Positions 37,554 to 52,100 of a stretch of 64,000 nucleotides of DNA are shown here, piece by piece; position 1 is the stretch's first letter, and each line of letters begins with the position of its first letter. The position numbers were made by a program, and so were the translations under genes. Source of the DNA: Bugula neritina (taxonomy: Eukaryota > Animalia > Bryozoa). A model generated the notes under the pieces. It was not told the origin of the DNA and did not search any database. It saw nothing but the letters and a program-made list of their open reading frames with translations. Location of the stretch: the NCBI GenBank assembly GCA_964035545.1, contig OZ037765.1, positions 13,278,698 through 13,342,697 of the forward strand, written 5' to 3'.

Positions 37554-40500
37554 ATGCCTGGCCATGGGCATTCTCATGGGGGTGGAGCTTGTGAGCATGA
37601 CCATGACCCAGTAGATAATTTGGCAACAGCGTATAATCTTTATCAAAAAGTTGATATTGCGAATGTTCAATGTTTAAATGAAGTAGCAGATGGTTCTGGG
37701 AAAAAAGTGTTCAAGGCTTGGTCTGATCGTGCAGACAGAACCCATGTAAGCTGTACAACTGCACTTTGAAATGGTTGTACGAGGGTCAGTCAATAAGTAG
37801 TGGGAATTTTGTTATAACTTTTTATTAGAATAAGATAGAGCTTTACAACTTTTTCACTTTTCAACATAGTCCTCTTCTTTCTCTATGCACTTGTTCCACC
37901 TTCCTACAAGGTTCTCAATTCCTGCAAAATAGAATTCCAACGGCAGGGTTCTGAACCAATTGCGCACAGCTTCAATGACCACTGCATCAGTAGTGAAGTG
38001 CTTGCCTCTCATGTGGCTCTTTAATGGTTCAAAAAGATGGAAATCACTTGCTGCCAAATCTGGACTATAAGGAGGGTTTACTAACACCTCCCAACCCAGT
38101 TCATCAATTTTTCTGAGTCTTCTCATGCACTCTCTGGCAGCCATAAGACGCTGCGCTTTGTGCACATCAGTCAGCTTCTTGGGTACGCAGCGTGCGCTGA
38201 CTTTGTTGAAGGCATATAGCTTCTCATGGACAATATTGTGGGCCGTTCCATGTGAAATGCCTATGGTCTCAGCAACATCATCAATAGTGAGTCTTCTATC
38301 AGATTTAACCAGCTTTTCCACTTTAGCTACTGTGTCAGGAGCTAAAACATCCACTGGCCTACCACTTCTTGGCTCATCAGTAATGTCTTCTCACCCATTC
38401 TTGAATTCATGAACCAACCTATAGCAGCTTGTTTGTGATATAGAGTTTTCCCCATATTGTTCTTTCATTCTACTGTGTATAAGACTTGCTCTGACACCCT
38501 CAGCTGTCAAAAATCTTATAACAGCTCTTTGCTCTATGAGTGCGCATTTTTTCAGGTTGGCAGCCATTTTATATTTAAATAATATAAAAAGTTGAATCAC
38601 TTGAATGATCAAATTTTGGATATGTGATGGCAACTCCCATTTATAGAAGTTTTGAAAATATTAAATTGCTAGATAAAATAGAACAACAGCTATGACAAAA
38701 TTCCCACTACGTATTGACTGACCCTCGTATATCTGGGCTTAGATGAAGCATCTTTTATTTTCTTTGCATTTATTCATATTTTATTTGCATTTTTTAAAGT
38801 TTATATATAAGTCACAAAATGTTGCTTGTTTTCAGTTTGTCGAAAGTGATGCCGATGAAGAGCTTTTATTTAAAATTCCGTAAGTGTTTTTTAAATCTTT
38901 TATCTTGGAAATTTTTTAAATCGGTGATATTAATGATTTTATTGCTATTCAAGTTATTCAAGCAGAATTATGCTTGTCAAATTTTCTGTCACTAAAATCA
39001 TAATTCTGTATTTCAATAATTTTGTATAACTTTAAAAACAGGAAATAGATATTTTATTACGTTGTATGTAGCTTACCCATAGACATCTGTATATTCTAAG
39101 TTATGATTTTAGATTCACAGGCTCTGTTAAGTTGCGCGGTGTTCTTATGATTGGTGGTGAAGAGGGAACTCATCCTAAATGTATGAGATTGTATGTACAG
39201 ATTGAATTTCTTGTTCTGTCAAAGCTTTTAAAAACTATACAGAATTTTTTACCCGTTAGATGGTTGCTTTTTCATACAAGTTGAAAGTTAAGCTTCTATA
39301 TTGTACTGTGTTTTATTATTCTTTTAGATATAAAAACAGACCAAATATGACATTTGATGAAACAGGGTCGGTACCTGACCAAGAGTTTGAATTGACTAGG
39401 GATGAAGTTGGTGTGGTGGAATATAACACTAAAGCTGCTAAGTTCAATAATGTTTCTCAGCTCTGTATTCACTTTCCTTCTAATTACGGAGATGATTCTA
39501 CTAAAGTCTATTATATTGGCTTAAAAGGCGACTTCATGCAGGTTAATAACTAGAATATCTTATGAATAGAAACATTCTATTTACTTTATAGACCTTTTCA
39601 CTGCAAACTCTCAATTTAAATCTTTTAATGAACTTTAATTCATCTTTATTTTTGAGAATTATATTTATTACTTCCCAAAACAGGTCTGATGGATTAGTAT
39701 TGAGGGGTGTGACTAAAATGGGTGGCCACCCGATGTTGCGGTCCGTGACACCCATTTTAGCCATAAGGGGAGGTTTTGACTAAAATGGTTGTTGCAAAAA
39801 ATTTTCGTTTTATTTTAAGATTTTTAGACAGTTGTGACTGTTAAGATTATTGTTATATAAATCTTCAGTCAATAATGAACATTTCACAATTGTTTGAACC
39901 AAAATACATAAGTAAATAATGATAAAATTGAAATAATTATAACAAAAACCAAATTCATCAAGAGTTATATTTCCTCATCAAAAATTAATTTTTTCCTAAT
40001 TATATTGTTATTGTTATGATCGCCGACATGCCGACTTATAAAACATATACTTTAAACTAATAAAAATGCTGGAAGTAATATTGGAAAAACAAAAATGTTC
40101 CAAAAAAATTAAATATTTTCGCAACACCAATTTTAGTTAAAGTAACCCAGGATGACTAAAATGGGTGTCACAAGAATTTTTGACTTGCATTTAGCATTGA
40201 GGACAGATATATTTTTACAATTGACATCATTAACCTGCTTTTGCATTTTTAAATTCAACTTAGCTAATTAAAAAGTTACGAAACTACGACATAAGAATGA
40301 ATAAGATTAAAGTCATTGTGAAAACTCTTGGGGTCAAAAACTAGGAGGTGTCGCGAAAAATTCAATACATGTATTTTAACTTAATTTCATAGTTATTTTT
40401 TAGTTTCTAGACATACTGACTCATGAACCATATACTTTAAATTAGTAAAAATACTGAGAGTAATATTAAGAAACAAAAATGTTCAGAAAATGTGAAAATG

Positions 40501-41626
40501 AAACTAAAAATCTTTGCGACATCCATTTTAGTCAAAATCCCCCCCCAAATGACTAAAATGGGTGTCACGGTGATTTTTGCTTTATTTTTTTAGCTTTTTG
40601 GCAATTCTTGTTGTTTAATTGGTTGTAGATTAAAACTTTAAAAAACTTTAATATACTATAACTGTTTCACCCTAAATGACAGTAGTATTATATAATAATT
40701 TACAATAATAATAAAATATAATAAAAACCAAAAGCCATCAGTGGCACCCCCTAGAGTTATGTTCTTTTTGATCTTGGTTTTGTTTTTATTATTTTTCGTT
40801 AATATTTATGATTATTAAGAGTTTTAATAATTTTAATTAGTAAATGTCAGTAAAAGTTTCAATGACATAATTTATAATATCTAAAACCGCCCAGAAAGCT
40901 ATAAATAAAGCATAAATCACCGTAACAGCCATTTTAGTCATTTGTGGCTGTTTTGACTAAAATGGGTGTCGCAAAGATTTTTAGTTTTATTCTCACTTTG
41001 TAAACATTTTTGTTTTTTAATATTGCTCACAGCGTTTTTAATAGTTTAAAGTATGTGTTTCATAAGTCAGCATGTCTATGATCTCAAAAAATAACTATGA
41101 AATTGAGTTGAAAATTGATATTTTGACAAGGCAAAATAACTCTTAACGAGTTTGTTTTTGTTACAATTATTTCAATTTTATCACTATTTATGTATTTTGG
41201 TTTAAACGATTGTGAAATGCTCATTATTCACTTAAGATTTGTTCAACAATAATCTTAACAGTCACAACTGTCTAAAAATCTGAAAATAAAACGAAAATTG
41301 TTCGCGACACCCATTTTAGTCAAAACCCCCCTTATGACTAAAAGGAGTGTCACGGACCGCGACACCGAATGGCCAACCATTTTAGTCACACCCAGTATTT
41401 GAGTGTCCTGTATATTAAAAAGTCTAATTGATGTCTAGACTTTAAACTGTATAGTATACAGTCCTGGAATCTGTAGAGAAATACACACAGGTTTCTGTTG
41501 CTTACAAGCTGTCAAATTTTTTAGGCTCACCGTGAAGAGATAGTGATAGTCAATTATGAATTGAATGCAAACCCAGCTGATCATAAAAGTATTCTACCTG
41601 ACGCTGCTAACCATTCTGTTAGCTAA
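37554..41626 (+). CDS. PITHD1: PITH domain-containing protein 1
   Basis: Exons 37554-37745, 38836-38879, 39113-39190, 39328-39541 and 41525-41626. Motifs MPGHGHSHGGGAC, CLNE..GSGKKVFK, VESDADEELLF.IPFTG.VKL, YKNRPNMTFD, HFPSNYG..TKVYYIGLKGDF, YE..ANPADHK. Confidence 0.95.
37780..38727 (-). mobile_element. Mariner element with internal deletion, in PITHD1 coding intron 1
   Basis: TA TSD. TIRs cgagggtcagtcaataagtagtgggaattttgt / acaaaattcccactacgtattgactgaccctcg. Transposase 38567-37854 has EQRAVIRFL, PRSGRP, ARCVPKKL, PPYSPDLAASDFHLF and a stop at 38391-38393. Confidence 0.95.
39705..41393. mobile_element. Non-coding foldback / MULE-like DNA transposon
   Basis: TIRs of about 260 bp starting gggtgtgactaaaatgg. 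Flanks agtattgag (39696-39704) and agtatttgag (41394-41403). Nested inner inverted repeats and a reiterated gactaaaatgggtgtc motif. Confidence 0.88.
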
Positions 41627-43192
41627 ACTACTAGTGAACATTTTAGCTAACTATGATACTAAGAGCTGACGTTCGACCCTGTAGTGATGGAGGAAGAGTG
41701 AAGCCTAAAGGTGATCACTAGTCAGTATGCCAGCAAAATCTAATAAAATACTAAGATGACTTAACTACAAGCAATAAATTACTGTTGGCTGAAGTTAGCT
41801 GAACGCTTATATGTTAGTATAATTTATAGACTCTCTGAAAGTGATCTGTTTTTGTTTTGGTAAGCATGGTTATATGTGTTTTAAATATTTATGGTCAATT
41901 TATATTCATTGATCACTTTAAAAGGGATATAGGCATGGTGTTGTTTCATTCTAACCAATTCAAATTTCCATATAACCATTCTAAAAAATATGCATTCTAA
42001 AAATGAGTAAATACATTGTTTTCTCTACTTTACTGTGATTAAGTAGAATTTAAATTGTATAAACTGCATATAAAAATTACGAATACGTTGTAAATATTGA
42101 CGGTTCCAACTTATTGCATGAAAGTGAAAAAAGGTTGTATTTGTACAAAGATATGAAATAAAAACCTTTCGTTCTTTGTGGCTTATGGCTACATATATGG
42201 TATTTCACCAGAAGTCATAAATAACGTCATTGCAAAAAAGTGAGTTGGTTTGTAACTAGCTATGTTACAGCTTTTGACACCTAAATCTTCGTATTAGATG
42301 TTAATAATACTATTTGAACCATGATTATAAGCTGTAGTTATTGTGTTCATTTACATATATCGCATTATTCAACGTATGTTTTTCTCACAAAATACTATAA
42401 ATAATGTAAATAAGCAAAAGTTGTGAGTTTAGATGTTGGTGTCAAGTTCAAGATAGTATTGTAATTGTATCATAAATATAAAAGCGTTCTCTTAATACAT
42501 CATCTAGATAAAGAATAACAACATAATAAAATTAATTGACAAGGATTGTTAACAGTGTTGACTGTTGCATATTGCAATGGCAATGGGATAATTTAATGAA
42601 CTATTTCATATTCATGAAAGATTTTTAAGTGTCAACTTTAGATTTTTCTTTAATATAGGCTGCACCTATATATTATAAAGATGGCCGAGCACTATTGAAA
42701 ACAGAAACTTCCTAATTATTACTCAACTGCGCAGTTAGTATAAACATAAGCCATCTACTCTTTTATAGCTGTGTTATAATTTTCTATTGGGCAGTATCAA
42801 TGCAAAACCTACAGCGGACAATTTTTTGTTAGATAATGTAATAAACTGTTCATGTACACATACGATTTGTTTCACTGCATCCTTTGGAGTTATGTGTTCC
42901 TTATATTTTTTTTAGCCCAGTTAAAATATCTTCTTCGAACCTCAATATAAGTCTTTTATTGTAGTATTATTGCCTGCTGTTAGTTTCACTTGCACTACGA
43001 CTCCAATGAATCGGTTTTTCATAGCACAGTGAAAATTTAAAAGCATAATTACGTCAACTTTAAGTTTAAGTTTTAGTTTATATCTCAACTTGAACTACAT
43101 GCATTTAGCATTAACGAGTGGTACATCTGGCAGTTGAGCTCAAATTTCAACATACTGCTTTTGTTTATTAAAATAACAAATATAGCATCAGC

Positions 43193-46100
43193 ATGGAAGA
43201 ATTAGAATATTCAGAGCAGATAAATAACAATGAAAGTGATTATGATGAAGCTACTGCTGGTTATCCGGCTGAAAATGGTATACATCACGATCGAGATGGA
43301 AAACCGGTCTCAATCTTCGACCTGGAACTAAAACCTCCAGGACCAGGAGGAGCACCCAACCATGCTGGAGGTGCTCCATTTCGTCCAAGAATACCTCTGT
43401 AAGTTTAACTCAAACTCAGTGTGTGAAAAAATATAATAATATTATTATATTATTATTATAATTAATATTAGTTTAAATTATTATAATAATATTAATAGTA
43501 ATATGAAATAGTAATAGTGGTATTATTACTAATAGTAATCACTAATTCAAAACAGTAATGCTCCTAATTCCGTAATTGAATTTGATTAAATTTAATTTTT
43601 ACTGTTAGCTCTTCATTTTGTCAATAACTAATTACTAAAGTACTGATTTACCTAGCTTTTAGTTATGTACCGTATGAATGATTGTAAATGTAATCAGTAA
43701 TGCATTCCTAATTTCATTATTTCATTATCACAATTTCTTAAAGTTAATAATACTAATAGTAATACTAGTTTTAGTATAGCAATAATGGCCAAATGTTCAT
43801 CTTGTCGTAGTGGTAGTAACTCACTGTAAGTGTAACCGTAGCCGTAGGCACCCGGGTACCACTGGTGCCACTAGTACTAGTAGTAGTACCACTGGTGCCC
43901 TGGTTACTAGTGTCAGTGGTACTGCTCCTGCTACTGCTGCTATTACTACATTAGACTTGGTAAAGGCCGAAAGACTCTGCTTCGGATAAGTAGTAACTAG
44001 TATTACTATTGAAGTTTAGACTAAACTCTTAGCGTAGGGCCACACGACACATTTTACACGTTCGTGACGTGCGAAAAAACCCGTTTAGCCCAAAAATGGG
44101 ACGTCGTGAGCGGGATTTTCATGAGTCTAACATGCTGAGCGAGAAGTGCGGCAAGCTCGTGCGTGTTTGATCTAATTGGCTTTTTATCATCTAGGTGAGA
44201 ACGCATTTTTCATTTTAATTCACGTTGTAGCTTTTAGCAAACTGAATTAAAACAGTTTCATATAATTTGCATTTTCGCTTTCACAGTATCTAAAGTCACT
44301 TTGCCGATGACGTAGTTTTATAAACAAACGTCTGTAGGCGAGCAGTAACGCTAACATCCCTAGCTAATAAATTTGTACACTCGCAACACACGCACTGTGT
44401 GTGGCAGGTCTCTACAGGTACGGGTTTTCTCGCACGTCACAAACGTGTAAAATGCGTCGTGTGGCCCTATTCTTAGTATTTTACATTTGCAATTAAAATA
44501 ATACTTAGGAAGAGCATCCAGTCATAATTGCTCCTGTGCCTCATTTAAACAAGTCCTTAGCTCGTTCTAGCAAAAACCCTTACCATCAGAGGTTTCTCAC
44601 AGGGATAGCGACTATAAACTTGCGTGAGAATTAAAATAATACTAATAGCAATACCAGCCTTTGCTGTCTGAAAATGATAGTTTCAACTTATGTGACAATG
44701 CTTGCAGATTTTATAAATATAAATATTTGTATAAAGGCAAATATCTATAAGTTCTGCAATTGATTAAGTTTAAAAGATTTTAGATTTTGGTAATTAAAGG
44801 CCTGGCCTCACGATCGTGAGAATCACACGAAATGTGTGAAGAAATATGTTTTGAAGTTTACTAATTTGATTTAACTTTGATAATGTGTAGGTAAATGATA
44901 GACCAAATTAGCATGAACTACATTGTATGTTATTTCGAGGTGACAACTTTCTGTAATCAGAAAAACTTAAAGTGCTTCGATTTTAGAAATGACATTATTC
45001 ATCTTGAATTGCCAAAATAAAAAACTTGTTTTCAATGTGTATTTTAAGATCAAAAATTTGAGTCTTATGATGAGTTCACAGGCATAAATGTGTTGAACTA
45101 AATAGATAATTTACGTAAGAACCATTTTGTTTTCTTATAGAATTTTACTATATATTTTCAATTTGCCTCTTTGACGCAAAATGTTAATTAGCATATAAAT
45201 GATCTTTCGGAATTTTAGTGGAGGTCCCCGTGGAATACCAGGATTTCGAGGACCACCACCAAGAGGATTCCGTGGTCCACCAGGTCCAGGAGGTCCTTTT
45301 AGACCACGTGTTGGTCACCCACATGGCTTCAGAGGTCCACCTCCATTTGCAAGGGGTGGGCTACCACCTATGAGAGGGCCGAGAGTAAGCTATATCCTAA
45401 CATATTCTGCTTGTAAAATAATATAGTAGTTTGAGTTTCTTTTACTGGTTAAAGTATTATTTCAGTACTCTGCGGGCAATGGGAAGGTTGTGAATTGTTT
45501 CTTTATTAACTTGTAATTGAATTAAATGAAGCATAGCTAATGTCACTTTATTCTGTGCAGACTTTGTTCAAGAGAGAGGATGGCAGAGTTAGAGCTCGGG
45601 TATCATTTGCATGATTACCGGTTTATTTATATGGTGTTGATTTGTTACTTTTCTTCATTTAATTAGGATGGTCAATTTATTTCTAAAATAGTACACAAAA
45701 TCATTATATACTTTCCCATGATATGCATCTATTTGCTTTTTCAATCTTTTAGGGACCACCTCCATTTGGAATGCCCCCGCATATGATGCATGGTGGACCA
45801 CCCCCTCATGGCCCCGGCGGACCGCCCCCTCATATGATGGGTCCGCCTCCTGGTAGTTTGCCACCGAATGTCAAGCCAATTGAGCTGTGGGTAGAGACTA
45901 TGTCAGGTAAGGCCGCTTTTCCATCAGTGAATCATTATTTTTGCATCCATATTATAGTAATCATTACATTTTGTAAACTTTGAAGGTGATAAAGCGTACT
46001 ACTACAATGCTAAGACAAGGGAAGCTGCATGGAAAAAGCCTGAAAATGTAAAAATAATCAAGCAAGAAGAATTTGAGGCTATTGCTGCTACTGGCCAAGA

Positions 46101-49100
46101 CCCTATTATGGTTATTTCAGGTTAGTTTCATTATCTATGCAAAAATATTGGTTAAAGCATTTTGTTTAGTTGACATGAAAGTTTTGTTGACAATTTTGTA
46201 ATTTAGCCCGAGAAATGGCAGAGGGTAAAGTTGGAGGGTCGGGTGAGCCAGCAGCTGATGCCGAAACCAACTCTATAACTGAAGAGGGTTCTGAAGCTTC
46301 ACAGTCATCTGCTGCCTCTGGTCATCCATCATCTTCCGGCCCACCTCCAGGGTTTTCCCTCCCTCCGCCTGGCTTTGCTGGTCCACCTCCTGGCATGATA
46401 CCACCTTCTGGTAAGTTTTTTAAGTGCACTAGTATGGCATAAAGTATATTTACATGCTTTTTAGACCTATACTTGATCCTTCACTCATTGTAAGATTTGA
46501 CAAGAAATCATCAACACGTGTGCTAATGTATAAAACCTGTCTAGCTTTTACTGTATTTGTTATAGTTAACATGCCTCCACCAGGAATGGGTATGCCCCCA
46601 CCAGGAATACCCCCTGCAGGCATGCATATGCCTCCTCCAGGAGTGGGGATGCCTCCTGCTGGAATTAGAATGCCTCCCCCTGGGTTAAATATGCCCCCTC
46701 CAGGCATGGGCGGACCTCCTCCTTTCATGTCTGCACCTCATAACATGCAGAAAACACCAGAAGTTGCCGAGTGGTCAGAACATGAGACTCAAGAAGGCAA
46801 GAAGTACTATTACAACTCTCGCACTCAAGAATCTGTATGGGAGAAGCCAGAACCATTGAAGAAGTGGGAGGAAGCTGTAACTGTGGTTTCAGGTTCGAAT
46901 GTGCAGGCACTTAGTCAATTATGCATTAGCTTTGCTAAAGATTTGTTTAAATAACCTCACATTTCTCACTCCTCACACTCCCTGCTAATACACAGGTAGT
47001 TGACCGCATGGCATGTAGTTGATCAATTGATTTATTACAAATCCCAAATATGAAAACATGTTGCGAAATTTAGTTGACCATATTATTTTACTATTTTTCT
47101 GGTATTTTTTGTGTAACAGCTGCTATTGCTGGACAAAATGCTGAAGCACTCAGTGGAGAGAGTAGTACACAGTCTGGGGAATCTAGTCAGCCTATGCAAA
47201 CTGCCATTAGTCAGGATGAGATGGTCAGCAATCCTGCAGAGCAGGTGGCAACTGAAGAGAGTATGGACACTTCAGAGGTTAGCTGTTTGCCACTGTCATG
47301 GTAATATATCTGATACTGGTTGTTTGGTTGATTTAGTTTATTCAAATGTGCAGCCAATGGTCTTGAATGGGTTTGTTGTTCACATACATTATTTCAACAT
47401 TATTAGAACAGACCACTTACTCTTCTGGTTGTATAAGTCTGTTTGAGTGCATTTAGTTTGTCACTGGCTCACACATATAGTTATGAAAATGTTTAGTATT
47501 TTATTGTTATGTGATAAATGATGACTTGTGAGTTAAACCTGCAATTATAAACATTAGATCAAGACTGTACAGCAGGAGTTGCCTCAAGTCGTTGAGTCTA
47601 AACCGGAACCTGTGCCGGAGAAACCTAAAGACAAGTCAAAACCTGTGAGTTCAACTCCAGTGCCGGGCTCTCCGTGGTGCGTTGTCTGGACCGGAGATGA
47701 TAAGCAGTTCTTTTATAATCCGAGTAAAAAGATGTCCGTGTGGGAGCTGCCAGAAGATTTAGTGGTCAGTTGTTAGAGCTGCTTTCAAATCTGTGCTGCT
47801 GTATATGTTACAACTATTTCCTAATCTATTACTTTCTTAGAATAGTATTTGGTTTGGTATTCAAAATATCTGGTTTGTACTTTGCAAATAAGAAAGCTGA
47901 TGTTGTATTAGTTTAAATATGTAATGCAGTTAGTAAGGATTGCCATATATATTCAACGGAATGATCTAGGGCCGAGAGGATGTTCTCAAATTAATTTCTG
48001 CCCCTCCCGGTGAGGAGAGTTCTAGCGCAGTGGATGAGTCACACAAGCGACAGGCTGAGGAGACCCCCGCTGGCTCCTCCAAGTCCAAGAAAGCTAAAAC
48101 TCAGTAAGTCGAGTGTCTCAGCTCTGCATGTCACAGCACATGGTTTCTTGTGCATTTTTAGGTTAAAGTTTGAAAGGTGGTTTTGTTGAAGTATCTAATC
48201 TAAGAATTAGTATAAAATCACTGAAAGACACCCAGTTTTAGGAGACTTAGCTATTTGCCATGTATATTTATAGAAAAGAGGAAAAAGAGACATCACTACT
48301 CGACATGAAGAAGGTTGAGGTTGGGAAAGATGCTGCCATAGAGGCAGAAGTGAAGGCAGCGAGGGAACGGGCGGTCGTTCCTGTAGAAACTCGTATGAAG
48401 CAGTTTAGAGATATGTTAGCGGAAAAAGAGGTATTTGCTGACATTACTTTCAAAACATTACTTTCAGGATATTGTGTAAACTGTGGAATATATTGTATTT
48501 ATGCATTTAAAACAAATTCAAAGCATGTTCAACTACTCTAGTACTAATTTAGCTGTGATTTTCTTTAAGCTTGTGTTAAGGCACACATCTATTAGAGTGT
48601 CCGTGGAGTAATGAGTGTGTAAAGTCTACACATGTGACTACTGGTGCTACCAAACACTAAACACAAATGTTGCTTGTGAAATGCCACTAGATTTAATCTT
48701 TATATGCACAAAACAGTTACTTTCCTATTCACTAGACTGCGTATTTTTGCACTTTGTGAACTGTTTGTGTGTCTCTTAAGGTATCTGCATTCTCTACCTG
48801 GGAGAAAGAGCTGCACAAGATAGTGTTTGACCCCAGGTACCTGCTGCTGACTAGCAAGGAGCGTAAGCAGGTGTTTGACTCATATGTCAAGGAGCGGGCT
48901 GAGGAAGAACGCCAAGAACGACGCCGTGAGCTGAAGAAGAAGCGTGAAGCATTCTTAGAGATGTTGTCTTCTGCTTCACTCACTAGCAAGTCTGTTCTAT
49001 CAGTACATACTATTTCCATTTGTTTACAGACTGATGTTATCTTTTCTTGTTTTATTGAAAAATATGCAAATCATATTTTGCGCCTCCGACTTGTAGACTG

Positions 49101-52100
49101 ACTCCATTTTCTGTTATAATAGGTCATCGTTCAGTGACGTTGCGTCCAAGTTTGGAAAAGATGAGAGATTTAAAGGCATTGAGAAAATGCGAGAGCGCGA
49201 GGCAATATTCAACGATCACTTGTCTGATTTGAGGAAGAAGGAAAAAGAGGAACGTAATCTGCAGAAGGAAAAGGTTAGCTTACATAAACTGTTTGTGTTA
49301 GCAGGTGGTTGCTAGGTGAAATATCTTGCCTTATGCTATAATGATAGTGTTATACTTCATTCAGACTACAGTTTAAAGTTAGCATTCATCATTACTACTG
49401 AGTGGTCTGTTCACCAAGTGTTTGTAGCTACTGCAGTCGTTTGTTGGTAGCTATGATTTTGTTTGTAAATCAATTTTGTTGGTTGTTCTACTTGCTAGGC
49501 GTGCTACTATCTAAGATGAGCATATGATCTAATAGGGATGTGTTGACCGCAAATAGCATGTTTTAAATTATGTTTATAAATTTATCTAAATAATGTTGGT
49601 AATTCTTGCTATTTGCTATTGCTAGTCTAGCAGAAAATGTTGAACTATGTTCTTATTGGTCAGGACAATAAATCATATAACTATGCATGGAGAGCTTGCA
49701 GTCTGGAGTGTGGATAGTAATTGTAACATTCCATGAATGTGCCAATCATTAGCATCCATAAATACTCGATTTGAGCTGTCATGTGAACAAGGCATCAGAG
49801 TATGTGGTCTTTGGTGAGAAATAAGGCTATTGAAACCAGCTGCCACAAAAACAGATGCACAGTTGAGACAAAGTGTCACAAATGTTTTCTTGTTGACAAA
49901 AGGTTACATGTTTAAGAGAAATAAAGAAGCACTTTTTGGCACCTAATGAATTTCGCTTGCAGATAATTTTGGAAAAATATGGTTATTTACATGTACTTAC
50001 GTACTTGCATATAATTTATCAACTAGCCAGCCAATTATATTGAGAAGATCTGTTAAGACACTTTTGAAATGTATGAAAAGTTTGATGTGTTAAAAATGTC
50101 AAATGGTTTTCAAAAGATGCAAAACAGCCATATTTTTTACAGAGCATCCCAATGTGGACAAGCTTTCTGTGTTTTTAGTTTAATACTAAATAACAGAGTG
50201 TTTTTAGACAAGTAGACATTAAGATTTTTTTGGTGCTATTTCCTTTAAAAGCAACTCCGAATTGAAAGTTGTGCTGAATCATCTTATTATATGTTTTGTT
50301 GATAGCTGGTTTGACTTTTACGATATTATCCACTGTGTATTAAAGATAAAGGTGGATTACTTGACTATGCTGAAAGAGATGACGAATCTGAGTAGACACT
50401 CTAGCTGGACGAAGACAAAGGAGAAGTTAGCTAGTGATTCCCGATACAAGGCTGTGGAGTCGAGTAGTAAGAGGGAGGACTGGTTTCGAGATTACGTCAA
50501 GTACTTAGATGATCAGGTAACAGTAGATGTAAATGTAGTGACATGAGATTGCTAGTAGGCAGTAAAGCGAGGCCGCTTGATGTGGTTTTTTGGTTGTTAT
50601 CTCCACCTAGTTGTGGCCACTTACCCAACCTTGTCACAAAATGTTGTACAACAGCTAGAGGTGTGTCTGTATAGTATTTATTTTAGCTAATCAATCCTCA
50701 TTGTGGTGCAGTTTAGGTGATACGGACTGGACATATTTACGTGGTTAATTGAAAGTATCTCATTGTGTATTGTCGAATGCAGGGTTCAGATCATGAAGAG
50801 AGGTCGCGAAAGGAGCGGGAGAGAGAGAAGAAGGAGAGACAGGAAGCCAGTCTGAGGGAAAGAGAAAAGGAAGTGCAGAGATCTCTGGGAGAAACATTAA
50901 GAGAAAGAGATAAAGAGCGAGAGCAGCACAAAAGGGAAGAGGCATCCCAGCAGTTTAAGGCGCTACTAGTTGACCTGGTATGTATTCATCACTTGTGTCG
51001 TAAGGAGCATTGTACGTATGTTTCCTGTAGCCATCTGCCACTACACCTTGTCTGCACTCTCTACTTCCAATATCATGTCTAGCTTTTCTATAGACAGCAA
51101 ATTATGTAATTGTTTGCTCCTGAGTGATGCATGGTTGTGTCTAACTGATGCCCCCTTTTTTCTCATGTTTGTAAACTCAGGCAAGGTGTAGGGGTAGCTG
51201 GAGTACAGCTATAATGTTATGACAGTAGACTATTCTGAGACATGTATAATGTACTGCAATGCATACTATTCTGATTATTGCATACTCTTTTATGCAGTGT
51301 TACCATCAGTAATTATCAGTGATCATATTTGTGCCTCTTGATCAATTTTCTTCACCTTAGACACATATATTGTATACTGTTAGTCCACGTGTATGATATA
51401 ATGTGGTATATACCTTTCATATATCATGTTGTATGTACCACTAGATGTACTTATTTGAAACATTTATACTTCATGTTCATATAGGATGTCTAATCATATT
51501 TGTATTGCAGATTTTAGTGCAAACATAACATGTGTTTGACTATAGTGCATATGTTCTTATGTATGTTTGCATTGTCTAGTATACAATGTGTTGTATTTAC
51601 TAATCAGCAATTTTCCACATAATATTCTGTGTAAAACCCAACAGTACTACCTGTTGGAGTACATTTACTGCATTGCATATGTTTATTGTACTGACTCTAT
51701 TTCTCACAGCTCCCTAATTTGCCCCTTAACTTCTAGTCATTTATGCAATCAATATATTGTATGTTAAGTAATGTGCAAATTTTTCTATGCCTTTTTATAT
51801 TGTGCATAGACTAGAAACAGCATTTTGGCTGTATTAGGTTGTTGCAATGTCTTTTGTGCAAGTTTTTAGTGTCTTATTGCTGTAAACAGACTACATTCAC
51901 TGTGATTCAAACAGTAGCATGCCTCTTGGTTAGTTTGCCCTTGCGTCTGCTCCTCCCATTACACAATAAGTTGAAAGAGTTACCTTCCCTTGAATGTCAA
52001 AATAAGATGTGAATAAATGCTAACATGTGCCATTGACAGTTGCAGCTGCATAGACTGCTAGAACAACAAACTGACTTGGTTCACCTTGTCATGGCTGTTC

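Noticed and set aside
39705-41393. CRISPR-like array from the reiterated 16-mer
   Set aside because: The repeats alternate in orientation with irregular, related spacers, there are no cas genes, and the context is a eukaryotic intron.
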